Assembly (NCBI GenBank): GCA_963676795.2
Contig: CAXXTB010000002.1
Location: forward strand, 992,001 to 1,056,000
DNA: 64,000 nucleotides
Source of the DNA: Geopsychrobacteraceae bacterium
Lineage (GTDB): Bacteria > Desulfobacterota > Desulfuromonadia > Desulfuromonadales > Geopsychrobacteraceae
Direction: 5' to 3'
The notes beneath the pieces were generated by a model. It searched no databases and was not told where the DNA came from. It saw only the letters and a list, made by a program, of their open reading frames with translations. A program made the translations under genes and the position numbers. Shown in pieces: positions 50,721 through 61,714 of this stretch (positions within the stretch are counted from its first letter, which is position 1; each line of letters opens with the position of its first letter).

Positions 50721-51152
50721 ATGGATCGCACTGCGACATTTAATGAATTCCTGCGTGAAAAAGGTCTGAAAAACACCAGTCAAAGAATGCTGATTCTTGA
50801 GGCTTTCCTCAATTCAGATTCGCATTATTCGACCGAAGACCTCTACCTCAAGCTGCGTCAGGAGAATCCGAAAATCGGTTACGCGACGGTTCACCGGACT
50901 CTTAAGCTGCTGGCTGAATCGGGACTGGCCATTGAGTTGAACTTTGGCGACGGACAGGCCCGCTTTGAACCTGTTCATGAAGCCGAACATCACGATCATC
51001 TGGTCTGTACCAAGTGCGGGCTGATAATCGAGTTTGAAGAGCCGCGTATCGAGACGCTGCAGAACGAAGTTGCCAAGCGCTATAACTTTAAGATTCAGTC
51101 CCATCGCCATGAACTGTACGGGCTTTGTCAGGACTGTGCGAAAAAAGCTTAA
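50721..51152 (+). CDS. fur: Ferric uptake regulator
   Basis: GLKNTSQR, IGYATVHRTL, HHDHLVCTKCG, LYGLCQDC. Confidence 0.95.
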   Translation: MDRTATFNEFLREKGLKNTSQRMLILEAFLNSDSHYSTEDLYLKLRQENPKIGYATVHRTLKLLAESGLAIELNFGDGQARFEPVHEAEHHDHLVCTKCGLIIEFEEPRIETLQNEVAKRYNFKIQSHRHELYGLCQDCAKKA

Positions 51153-51194
51153 TCACGGGCAAAGACACGTTACATTAGAAAGATCCCCCCTCTT

Positions 51195-53153
51195 ATGTCA
51201 GATCAGCAGGAAAATTCGTTAAAGATCATTCTGGTCGGAAACCCGAATGTCGGCAAGAGCGTACTGTTCAACATGCTGACCGGTGCCTACACCACGGTTT
51301 CCAATTACCCCGGAACCTCTGTGGAGGTTTCGCGGGGCAGCTGTACGATCAACCAGTGTGATTGTGAGGTTCTCGATACCCCCGGCATGTATTCGATGAT
51401 GCCGATTACCGAGGAGGAACGTGTCGCCAGACGCATCCTCCTGGTTGAACAACCGCATGCCGTTATTCACGTCATCGATGCTCGTAATATCGAGCGGATG
51501 CTGCCGATGACGATTCAGCTGATCGAAGCACGGCTGCCGGTCATCCTGGTCGTCAATATCCTCGATGAAGCCGAGCGCCTCGGCATGAAGTTCGATCTTG
51601 AACGCCTGGAGCAGAATCTGGGGATACCGGTGATCGGCGCAGTGATGAAGAGAAAGATCGGGCTCGAGGAGCTGAAGCAAAAGATCTCAGGTTTTTCACC
51701 AAAGCCGCATGCGTCCTTTTGCTATGCGGACGACCTGGAGAAGGATATCGACGACGTCGCGGCGCAGCTGAAAGGACAGTACCGGTTGAGTCAACGGGCC
51801 GTCGCAATCCTGCTGCTGCAGAAGGATGAGGATATCCAGCAGCTGGTCACTGAGCAGGAAGGGCCGCGCTGTCTCATGGCCTTGACCGGTCTGGTCCATG
51901 AGATCTCGTTCAAGCGGCGCGCTGATCTGCATCTGCAGATCAGCCTGGAGCGACGCAAGATCTGTCAACAGATGCTGGCTGATGTTGTCACCGAGCAAGC
52001 ACAGGACAGGGAGCTGTTCGGTGAAAAACTCTCGCGCTGGATGGTCAATCCCTGGAGCGGGGTGCCGATTCTGCTGATCGTCGTCTATCTGGCTCTGTAC
52101 AAATTTGTCGGCGGCTTCGGGGCGGGAACGCTGGTCGATCTGATCGAAGGCCACCTGTTTGAAACCTACATCAATCCTCCGGTCATCGAACTGGCCCGCA
52201 GGTATCTGACCGCTAACTGGCTCTATGAGCTGATCGCCGGGGAGTATGGGCTCTGGACCCTGGGGATCCGTTATGCTGTCGCCCTGGTCCTGCCGATCGT
52301 CGGTTCCTTCTTTCTGGTTTTTTCCCTGCTGGAGGACTCCGGGTATTTTCCGCGTCTGGCGCTGCTGGTCGACCGCGTGTTCAAAAAGATCGGGCTGTCC
52401 GGCCGCGCTGTGATTCCGATGGTTCTCGGCTTCGGCTGCGATACCATGGCAACCCTGGTGACCCGGACTCTGGAATCGAAACGGGAACGGATTATCGCGA
52501 CGTTGCTGCTCGCTCTGGCAATCCCCTGCAGTGCCCAGTTCGGTGTCATCCTTGGCCTGCTGTCGATTTCTCCGCTGGCTCTGGCCGTCTGGGTTGTCGT
52601 CCTGCTTGGCATCTTTCTGGTTGTCGGTATGCTGTCCGGGCGCTTGATGCCGGGCGAACCTCCGGTATTCTATATGGAGATACCGCCGCTGCGGCCGCCC
52701 CAGTTGCGTAACGTGCTGATCAAGACCCTGACCCGGATGCAGAGTTATTTTGTCGAGATTCTGCCACTCTTCCTCTTTGCCTCGGTGATCCTCTGGGCGG
52801 GCAAGATGACCGGCGGACTCGATCGTCTGATCGGGCTGCTGTCGCCGGTTGTCAGGGCTATCGGCTTACCGGAACAGGCGACGACGGCATTTGTCTTCGG
52901 TTTCTTTCGCCGGGATTTTGGCGCGGCGGGGCTCTACGACCTGCAGACCAGCGGCTATCTGACAATCGCTCAGTTGACCGTTGCCGCCGTGACCCTGACT
53001 CTCTTCGTTCCCTGCGTCGCCCAGTTCCTGGTCATGGCCAAGGAGCGCGGAGTGAAGGTCGCTTTTCAGATTCTGGTCTTTGTCACCCTGCTGTCGTTTG
53101 CCGTTGGCTGGGTGCTCAATAAAATTTTAATGATCAGTGGATTGCTGGCATGA
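51195..53153 (+). CDS. feoB: Ferrous iron transport protein B
   Basis: GNPNVGKS, NYPGTSV, DTPG, LEDSGYFPR, LGFGC, IPCSAQ. Confidence 0.96.
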   Translation: MSDQQENSLKIILVGNPNVGKSVLFNMLTGAYTTVSNYPGTSVEVSRGSCTINQCDCEVLDTPGMYSMMPITEEERVARRILLVEQPHAVIHVIDARNIERMLPMTIQLIEARLPVILVVNILDEAERLGMKFDLERLEQNLGIPVIGAVMKRKIGLEELKQKISGFSPKPHASFCYADDLEKDIDDVAAQLKGQYRLSQRAVAILLLQKDEDIQQLVTEQEGPRCLMALTGLVHEISFKRRADLHLQISLERRKICQQMLADVVTEQAQDRELFGEKLSRWMVNPWSGVPILLIVVYLALYKFVGGFGAGTLVDLIEGHLFETYINPPVIELARRYLTANWLYELIAGEYGLWTLGIRYAVALVLPIVGSFFLVFSLLEDSGYFPRLALLVDRVFKKIGLSGRAVIPMVLGFGCDTMATLVTRTLESKRERIIATLLLALAIPCSAQFGVILGLLSISPLALAVWVVVLLGIFLVVGMLSGRLMPGEPPVFYMEIPPLRPPQLRNVLIKTLTRMQSYFVEILPLFLFASVILWAGKMTGGLDRLIGLLSPVVRAIGLPEQATTAFVFGFFRRDFGAAGLYDLQTSGYLTIAQLTVAAVTLTLFVPCVAQFLVMAKERGVKVAFQILVFVTLLSFAVGWVLNKILMISGLLA

Positions 53154-53338
53154 TCTGTGGCTTCTGCCATAAGGAAATTCCCGATGAAAAAGTCGGCAAC
53201 AGGAACGGTGAAGAATCCTGTGGCCGTTGTCTGGGGGGGTGCCGGAAAATCCATTGCCCCTGGTGCGGCTATGCCAATCCGGCTCCCGGCCGTTTGTTGA
53301 GCCGGCTGTTGTCCAAGAAAAAGGATGAGATTGAATGA
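53150..53338 (+). CDS. Small Cys-rich protein (62 aa, 7 Cys)
   Basis: CGFC...CGRC...C...CPWCG; ATGA overlaps with both feoB and ideR. Confidence 0.75.
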   Translation: MICGFCHKEIPDEKVGNRNGEESCGRCLGGCRKIHCPWCGYANPAPGRLLSRLLSKKKDEIE

Positions 53339-54000
53339 ACAGACTTTCTGATTTGGCTGAAGATATTCTCGAATATCTCTGGATCCATACCGTTGAGGGG
53401 GATGAACTCGGTTGCCTGATGACCGAGCTGAAGGTGACGGCAGACAGCGACGCCGTCAAGGAGTTGAGTGACAGCGCATTTATCGAGATCCGCAACGACC
53501 GTTTGTTTTTGCGCAAGGAAGGTTACGCGGAAGCCCGTATGACGGTTCGCCGTCATCGTCTCGCTGAGCGCCTGACCATGGACATCCTCGGCATTACCGG
53601 CAGTGAAGGGCAGGAGCAGGCCTGCGTCTTTGAGCACCTGCTGCGTCAGGGAGTCGATACCAAACTCTGCACCCTGCTCAACCACCCGACGAGCTGTCCG
53701 CACGGCAAGCCGATTCCGCCGGGAGATTGCTGTATCGAGGCGCGCCGTTCCGGGGAACCGGGGATCGTACCGCTGACTGAGCTGAAGTCCGGCGAGCAGG
53801 CGGAGATCGCCTATCTTGCCGCCAGTGACGACAAGAAGATGCAGAAACTGATGAGCATGGGGGTGCTGCCCGGCAGTCAGATGACCCTGATGCAGAAATT
53901 TCCCAGCTACATTTTCAAGGTGGGTCACTCGCAGTTTGCTGTTGATGATGTCCTGGCCCGTGAGATTCACGTCCGCATGCCGTCACGCAAAGAGCAATAG
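53335..54000 (+). CDS. ideR: DtxR/IdeR-family metal-dependent regulator with C-terminal FeoA domain
   Basis: RRHRLAERL, ACVFEH, CPHGKPIP, and FeoA-like KLMSMGVLPG. Confidence 0.88.
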   Translation: MNRLSDLAEDILEYLWIHTVEGDELGCLMTELKVTADSDAVKELSDSAFIEIRNDRLFLRKEGYAEARMTVRRHRLAERLTMDILGITGSEGQEQACVFEHLLRQGVDTKLCTLLNHPTSCPHGKPIPPGDCCIEARRSGEPGIVPLTELKSGEQAEIAYLAASDDKKMQKLMSMGVLPGSQMTLMQKFPSYIFKVGHSQFAVDDVLAREIHVRMPSRKEQ

Positions 54001-54025
54001 GGTCGTAAAACCGGGAGGCTTGGCT

Positions 54026-55306
54026 TCAGTTGAACCAGAGGATATTGATCAGGCCGGCCAGGATCCACATGGCGACAAGCTGGAAACGGTTTTCCTTGAG
54101 CAGTTTCATGCCGCTGACATGGTAGCGGCCGACCATGGCCAGGCCAACCCCTGAGAGTGGGCTTGTTCCCGTGCTGATTCCCCAGACACTCAGGAAGAGA
54201 AAGGCCAGCTGATTCGGATTGATGCCGAGCGGCTGGAGAAACGGACTGACCAGCGCGATACTGACGACCGGGTGCACGCCGATCAGGGCAGCCAGAATCA
54301 TCAGGCCGCTGAAGATCATGAATAGCAGCGGGGAGAACTGGTTCAGCTGCAGGCTGAGCAGATCCGGATAGCTGTCGATGATGGCAACCAGCCCCGAAGA
54401 GAAAACTCCTGCAGCGAGAAACAGGGCAAACTGACTGGAGATGCTGGCCAGCCGCTCACCGATATAGATCCGTGTCTGCCTGATGCGCGGGCGCGGTTTC
54501 ATCAGCAGAAAAGCACCAATCGGTGCGATCAGGGTGATCAGGGTCAGAACCCTCACCCCGGGCAGCAGCTTGTGGCAGATCAGCACGCTGATGGCCAGCA
54601 GGAGCGGTATCGTCAGGCTTTCATAGCGCAGCGGGTATCCTTCGAAATCTTCCATAGTAAAGCGCTTCATGTCGAAATAGCAGACACAGAAGAGCAGCAG
54701 GGCCAGAATGAGTCCCGGCAGGCAGGTTTTAATCCACTGGGAACCCGGAGCGTAGGTCAGAGCCGCACCTGTCGCAACAAAGAAGGGGGACCAGAAGGCT
54801 GCGGCGGTAAAGCCGCGCATCATGGTCAGGGCCTGGGGCAGGGTAACTTTCTGTTCCCTGGCCAGGCGGTCGCCGACGACGAAAATGATCGAGATATTGA
54901 TGATCGCACCGAGCAGGTGACAGGTCAGCAGGGTGCTCAGGAAGCCTTTGTTTCCTCTGGGCTGCTTCAGCCTGTTCTCGGTCGGGTTGGTCAGTGATAA
55001 AAAGGAGACGGCGGTAAACATAGCCAGCAGCGGCAGGTTGCTGCCGAGCGCCATGGCCCAGCGGATATGCGTCCCTAGGCCTAGGGCCCAGCCGATCATG
55101 GCCGCTCCGGCTCCAAGCAGAACCAGTGCCTGTTTGCGGGCTGAGCGCCCCATCCCCGGTAACGACAGGATAACCGCAACCCAAGCGGCCAGAGCCGGAA
55201 TGATCAGGGGCAGCCCAATGGCCAGCATGAGCAGGTAGCTGAGCATACAGAGGGCTATCGAGTAGCCGATAACCGCTGTGCGTTGACGTCGATCTGGAAG
55301 TTTCAT
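54026..55306 (-). CDS. Polytopic membrane protein of unknown function (possible secondary transporter)
   Basis: 426 aa with many hydrophobic segments; RGF...FWSPFF and GVHPVVSI motifs. Confidence 0.75.
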   Translation of the reverse strand: MKLPDRRQRTAVIGYSIALCMLSYLLMLAIGLPLIIPALAAWVAVILSLPGMGRSARKQALVLLGAGAAMIGWALGLGTHIRWAMALGSNLPLLAMFTAVSFLSLTNPTENRLKQPRGNKGFLSTLLTCHLLGAIINISIIFVVGDRLAREQKVTLPQALTMMRGFTAAAFWSPFFVATGAALTYAPGSQWIKTCLPGLILALLLFCVCYFDMKRFTMEDFEGYPLRYESLTIPLLLAISVLICHKLLPGVRVLTLITLIAPIGAFLLMKPRPRIRQTRIYIGERLASISSQFALFLAAGVFSSGLVAIIDSYPDLLSLQLNQFSPLLFMIFSGLMILAALIGVHPVVSIALVSPFLQPLGINPNQLAFLFLSVWGISTGTSPLSGVGLAMVGRYHVSGMKLLKENRFQLVAMWILAGLINILWFN

Positions 55307-55521
55307 GGTTATTGCCTGGCAAAAAACGTATTTTTGGGCGGATTGTCCGCTTCGGTTTCAGTGTTTACACCCTATTTTGCAAAAAGGGAACCGGTTGCCC
55401 CGCTGGCGGGTTAAAATATTACCGCTATTTTTTTTCGGTGGATTGTTTTTTTTTAAAAAATTCGGCTATACTGCGCGACTATTCAGTTACCCGTGTAAAA
55501 TCAGAAAAAGAGGAGCCAGAG

Positions 55522-56617
55522 ATGTTTCGTGAACCGAAAGAGACCGTCAAGGAATTGAAAGAAAAACTCCAGGACTTATGGAGGTATCTTTGACGTCCCG
55601 GACAAAACGGAACGTGTCGCTGAGCTTGAGGCTGAAATAGCCCAGCCCGATTTCTGGAATCAGGGGGACAAGGCTCAGGAAATTCTTAAGGAAAGAACCC
55701 GCCTGCAGAAGATTGTCGAGGATTGCAATTCGGCAAAACAGCAGCTTGACGATCTCGATGTGTTGATTGAACTCGGTGAAGAAGGGGAAGATGAAGAAAC
55801 CCTGGCCGAGGTCCACAGCCTGCTTCCCGACCTGGAGAAGCAGATCAACCAGATGGAATTTGCCCGGATGCTCTCCGGCGATCATGACGCCAACAATGCC
55901 ATTGTCAGCATCAATGCCGGTGCCGGCGGGACCGAGGCTCAGGACTGGGCCAATATGCTGCTGCGTATGTATCTGCGCTATTGTGAGCGCAGAGGGTTCA
56001 AGACGGAATTCACCGAATATCAGGATGGTGACGAGGCGGGCCTTAAAAGTGCAACCTTCACCGTTGAAGGGGATTATGCCTTCGGTTACCTAAAGGCTGA
56101 AAACGGCATTCACCGCCTGGTGCGGATCTCGCCGTTCGACTCTAATGCACGGCGCCATACCTCTTTCTGTTCGGTCCATGTCTTTCCGGAGCTTGATGAT
56201 TCGGTCGAGGTGAGCATCGAAGACAAGGATATCAAGGTCGACACCTTCCGCGCCAGTGGCGCCGGTGGTCAGCATATCAACAAGACCGATTCGGCGATCC
56301 GGATTACCCATATCCCGACCGGTATCGTCGTGGCCTGTCAGAATCAGCGTTCCCAGCACAGCAACAAGGCAACAGCCATGAAGCAGTTGCAGGCGCGTCT
56401 TTATGAACTGGAAATGCGCAAGAAAGAGGAAGAAGCCGCTTCGATCTCCGAAGAAAAGAAGGAGATCGGCTGGGGCAGCCAGATCCGTTCTTATGTACTG
56501 CACCCCTACCGGATGGTCAAGGATCACCGCACCAGTTATGAGACCGGCAACACTGATGCCGTTCTCGATGGTGGGCTGGATGAATTCATCGAAGCCTACC
56601 TGCTTAAGGGAAAATGA
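55522..56617 (+). CDS. prfB: Peptide chain release factor 2 with programmed +1 frameshift, join(55522..55590,55592..56617)
   Basis: MFREPK...LWRYL then GGAGGTAT-CTT-TGA-C shift site; +1 frame continues DVPDKTERV... into the 55760 ORF containing SPF and GGQ. Confidence 0.97.
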
Positions 56618-56713
56618 TTTAAACTTGATGCGATGCTTGTGAAGGTGGAAAAAACTGACACTTGCCAAGCTTGATACAGCAGCACAGCCGGGTCTTCAGT
56701 ACCTTATTTCATG

Positions 56714-56744
56714 CGGCGCTTTTAAATGAAAAAAAGCGCCGTTT
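56714..56744 (+). terminator. Stem-loop after prfB
   Basis: CGGCGCTTTT-N8-AAAAGCGCCG followed by TTT. Confidence 0.6.
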
Positions 56745-56748
56745 GTCA

Positions 56749-58299
<1,551 letters not shown>

Positions 58300-58300
<1 letters not shown>

Positions 58301-59859
58301 TGGCGGATATTCATAACGAAAAGATCCTGATTCTCGATTTCGGTTCCCAGTACACCCAGCTGATCGCCAGACGGGTGCGTGAAAGTCATGTTTACTGTGA
58401 GCTGCACCCCTTCGATATGGCGCTTGACGAGATCAAGGCCTTCAAGCCGAGCGGTATCATCCTCTCCGGCGGGCCGAAATCGGTCTACGAAGAAGGCGCT
58501 CCAAAGGTCGAAGAGGAGCTGTTCGAGCTGGGGATTCCGGTTCTCGGTATCTGTTACGGCATGCAGCTGATGAGTCGTCACTTCGGTGGCGAGGTCGTTG
58601 CCGCCGGCAAGCGCGAGTTCGGCCATGCCGATCTGTTCAGTCAGGGGGCTCCGGGGCCACTGTTCGACGGGTTCTTCGCTGACGGGAAGAGTTCCGTCTG
58701 GATGAGCCACGGTGACCATGTTTCGGTTATGCCGCAGGGGTTCGAGGTGGTTGCGCATACCGCCAATGCTCCGGTCTGTGCCATTCAGAATATTGAGCGT
58801 AGCCTCTATGGTGTTCAGTTCCATCCGGAAGTCAATCACACCCCTAAGGGCGACGTGCTGCTCAATACCTTTGTCCGTGGTATCTGTGATTGCCAGGGAC
58901 AGTGGACTCCGGGCAAGATTATCGAGGATGCCATTGTGCGGATCCGTGAGCAGGTCGGCAGCGAGCAGGTCATTCTCGGCCTGTCCGGCGGTGTCGATTC
59001 TTCTGTTGCCGCAGCTCTGATCCACCGTGCCATCGGTGATCAGCTGCATTGTGTTTTCGTTGATAACGGCCTGCTGCGCCTCAACGAAGGGGATCAGGTC
59101 ATGGCCACCTTCGCCCAGAACATGGGAGTCAAGGTCACCCGGGTCAATGCTCAGCAGCGTTTTTACGATGCCCTGGCCGGTGAGGCTGATCCTGAGAAGA
59201 AACGCAAGATTATCGGTAAGCTGTTTGTCGATATCTTCGAAGAGGAATCGAAGAAGGTTGAGGATGCCACCTTCCTGGCACAGGGAACCATCTATCCGGA
59301 TGTCATCGAGTCGGCCGGAGCCAAAACCGGCAAGGCACACAACATCAAGAGCCATCACAATGTCGGCGGTCTGCCCGAGTACATGAAACTGACGCTGCTG
59401 GAACCACTGCGCGAGCTGTTCAAGGACGAAGTCAGGGCAATCGGCGAAGAGCTCGGACTGCCGCATGCCATGGTCTGGCGCCATCCGTTCCCGGGACCGG
59501 GGCTTGGTGTCCGTGTCCTTGGTGAGGTCAGGGAAGAGTACTGCGATATCCTGCGCCGGGCTGATGCGATCTATATCGATGAGCTGTACGAAACCGGTCA
59601 TTATCACAAGATCAGCCAGGCTTTCGCCGTCTTCCTGCCGGTCAAGTCGGTCGGGGTCATGGGGGACGGGCGTACCTACGAGTATGTCGTTGCGCTGCGT
59701 GCTGTCGAGACCAAGGATTTCATGACTGCCGGCTGGTATCCGATGCCCTATGCCGATCTGGCCCGCATCAGTAACCGGATTATCAATGAGGTCAAAGGGG
59801 TCAATCGGGTTGTCTACGATATCTCGAGCAAGCCACCGGCGACGATCGAGTGGGAATAA
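58300..59859 (+). CDS. guaA: GMP synthase (glutamine-hydrolyzing)
   Basis: [36 protein letters not shown]. Confidence 0.98.
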
Positions 59860-59887
59860 ATAAGGAGAGTAAGATCATTACTCTGGC

Positions 59888-59922
59888 AAAGAGGCTGTCT
59901 GAATATCAGGCGGCCTCTTTTT
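59888..59922 (+). terminator. Rho-independent terminator of guaBA
   Basis: AAAGAGGCTGTCTGA-ATA-TCAGGCGGCCTCTTTTT. Confidence 0.8.
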
Positions 59923-60151
59923 GGTTTTTCCTCGGCTGGAGAACCGCTGAACTGTGAAGAATTTGCAACAACCCTGAGTTTTTTGCGCCACTGGCAGAGG
60001 GACTTTTGGCTCGTGATATCTGTTGCTGGCGAAATTTTTACTGTTAAAACAGGAATATAACTAAACAGTAGAGAATTGTTTTTTGAAGGGATTTGGGTAT
60101 GTTTCATGCAGAAGTTCTGTTTTTAATTAAAATGAAAAGGAATGATTTTCT

Positions 60152-61714
60152 ATGATTTTTCGTTGTTTAGCAAAACCTCTATGTTTCCTTCTGCTGCTGT
60201 TGCTTTTGTTCGCCGTAAACAAGACCGTACTGGCTTCACAGTTCTTTGATTTTGCATCTCTTGCCTCTCAGGCTGAAGAACTGGCCAGTCATGACTACCT
60301 GACGCCTGAACCACTGTCTGAGATTCTGGCCTCCTTGAGCTACGATGACTGGCGTAATATCCGTCAGCGTCCCGATAAGGCCTATTGGCGGGAGTCAAAA
60401 CGGCCGTTTAATCTGCAATTCTTTCATCCTGGCTTTGTTTACGACCGGAGTGTGCGGATCAATATCCTTGCCAAAGGGCAGATCAGTCCACTCAACATAC
60501 AGCGCGACTGGTTTGATTACAGTGGCGTTCAACTGGCACCGCAGATCCCTGAACAGGTGGGGGCGGCCGGTTTCCGGGTTCATTATCCGCTCAAAACCAG
60601 AAAATACTTCGACGAGTTTCTGGTGTTCCTCGGCGGCAGTTACCTGCGCGGGGTCAGCAAGGAGACCAGATACGGACTTTCTGCGCGAGGCCTGGCTATC
60701 GATACGGCGTTACCCAAAGGTGAAGAGTTTCCCTGGTTCCGGGAGTTCTGGATCGAAGAGCCGCATGAGGGAGCCAAAACTCTGGTGATCTACGCTCTGC
60801 TCGACAGTCCCAGCGTAACCGGCGCATATAAATTCATCGCGACTCCGGGGGCTGAAACGGTCATCGATGTGACCAGTCGGGTATTTTTCCGGCACGAGGT
60901 TGAAAAAGTCGGTATTGCACCGCTTACCAGTATGTACTTTTTCGGCGAAAACAACCGTTCTCCCGGTTATGCCGATTTCCGTCCGGAAGTTCATGATTCA
61001 GACGGATTGCAGATCGCATTCGGAACCGGCGAGTGGTTGTGGCGGCCGTTACACAATCCGAAGCACCTGCAGGTCAACAGTTTCAAAGCGATCAACATCA
61101 AGGGGTTTGGCCTTTTGCAGCGAGACCTGAAATTTGCCAGTTATGAAGACCTGGAGGCATTTTACCATGAAAGGCCGAGTCTCTGGATCGAACCGACCTC
61201 TGATTGGGGGGAAGGGCAGGTTGAGTTGGTCCAGATCCCCACCAGGGATGAGATTCACGACAACGTTGTCGCCTATTGGGTGCCTAAGGATCGGCCGCAG
61301 GCAGGAACCAGCCGTGCTTTCAGCTACCGCATGAGATGGAGTGACGGCTCGGGTTTTCAGCCTCCTGGAGCGCGCGTCGTTGCGACCCGGAGCGGTTTTG
61401 AGCAGGACGGTGCCGTGCGCCGGATTGTCGTCGATTTTTCCGGTGACAATCTGACTACAGCCCAGGAGTCGGAACTAGCCGCAAACGTCAGTGCCAGCGC
61501 CGGAGCGACCGTCCGTAATATTACCGTGCAGAAGAATGACGCCGATAATACCTGGCGGCTCAGTTTCGAACTGCTGACCGAGCCCGTGTCGCCTATCGAA
61601 AAGGTCCTCCCCGACAAGGGGAACGTCATAGAACTCAGAGCCTTTCTGACCCGTGGTGTCGACGTCGTTTCGGAAACCTGGAGTTACAACGTCAGCAGAA
61701 AGGTCAGGCTATGA
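60152..61714 (+). CDS. opgG: Osmoregulated periplasmic glucan biosynthesis protein G
   Basis: Signal peptide; FLGGSYLR, YGLSARGLAIDT, RPEVHDSDGL, HDNVVAYW, SETWSY. Confidence 0.94.
   Translation: MIFRCLAKPLCFLLLLLLLFAVNKTVLASQFFDFASLASQAEELASHDYLTPEPLSEILASLSYDDWRNIRQRPDKAYWRESKRPFNLQFFHPGFVYDRSVRINILAKGQISPLNIQRDWFDYSGVQLAPQIPEQVGAAGFRVHYPLKTRKYFDEFLVFLGGSYLRGVSKETRYGLSARGLAIDTALPKGEEFPWFREFWIEEPHEGAKTLVIYALLDSPSVTGAYKFIATPGAETVIDVTSRVFFRHEVEKVGIAPLTSMYFFGENNRSPGYADFRPEVHDSDGLQIAFGTGEWLWRPLHNPKHLQVNSFKAINIKGFGLLQRDLKFASYEDLEAFYHERPSLWIEPTSDWGEGQVELVQIPTRDEIHDNVVAYWVPKDRPQAGTSRAFSYRMRWSDGSGFQPPGARVVATRSGFEQDGAVRRIVVDFSGDNLTTAQESELAANVSASAGATVRNITVQKNDADNTWRLSFELLTEPVSPIEKVLPDKGNVIELRAFLTRGVDVVSETWSYNVSRKVRL

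Noticed and set aside
60095..60110. GGGTATGTTTCATGCA as a sigma54 promoter for opgGH
   Set aside because: Spacing fits but both the -24 and -12 flanks deviate from consensus; too weak to call.
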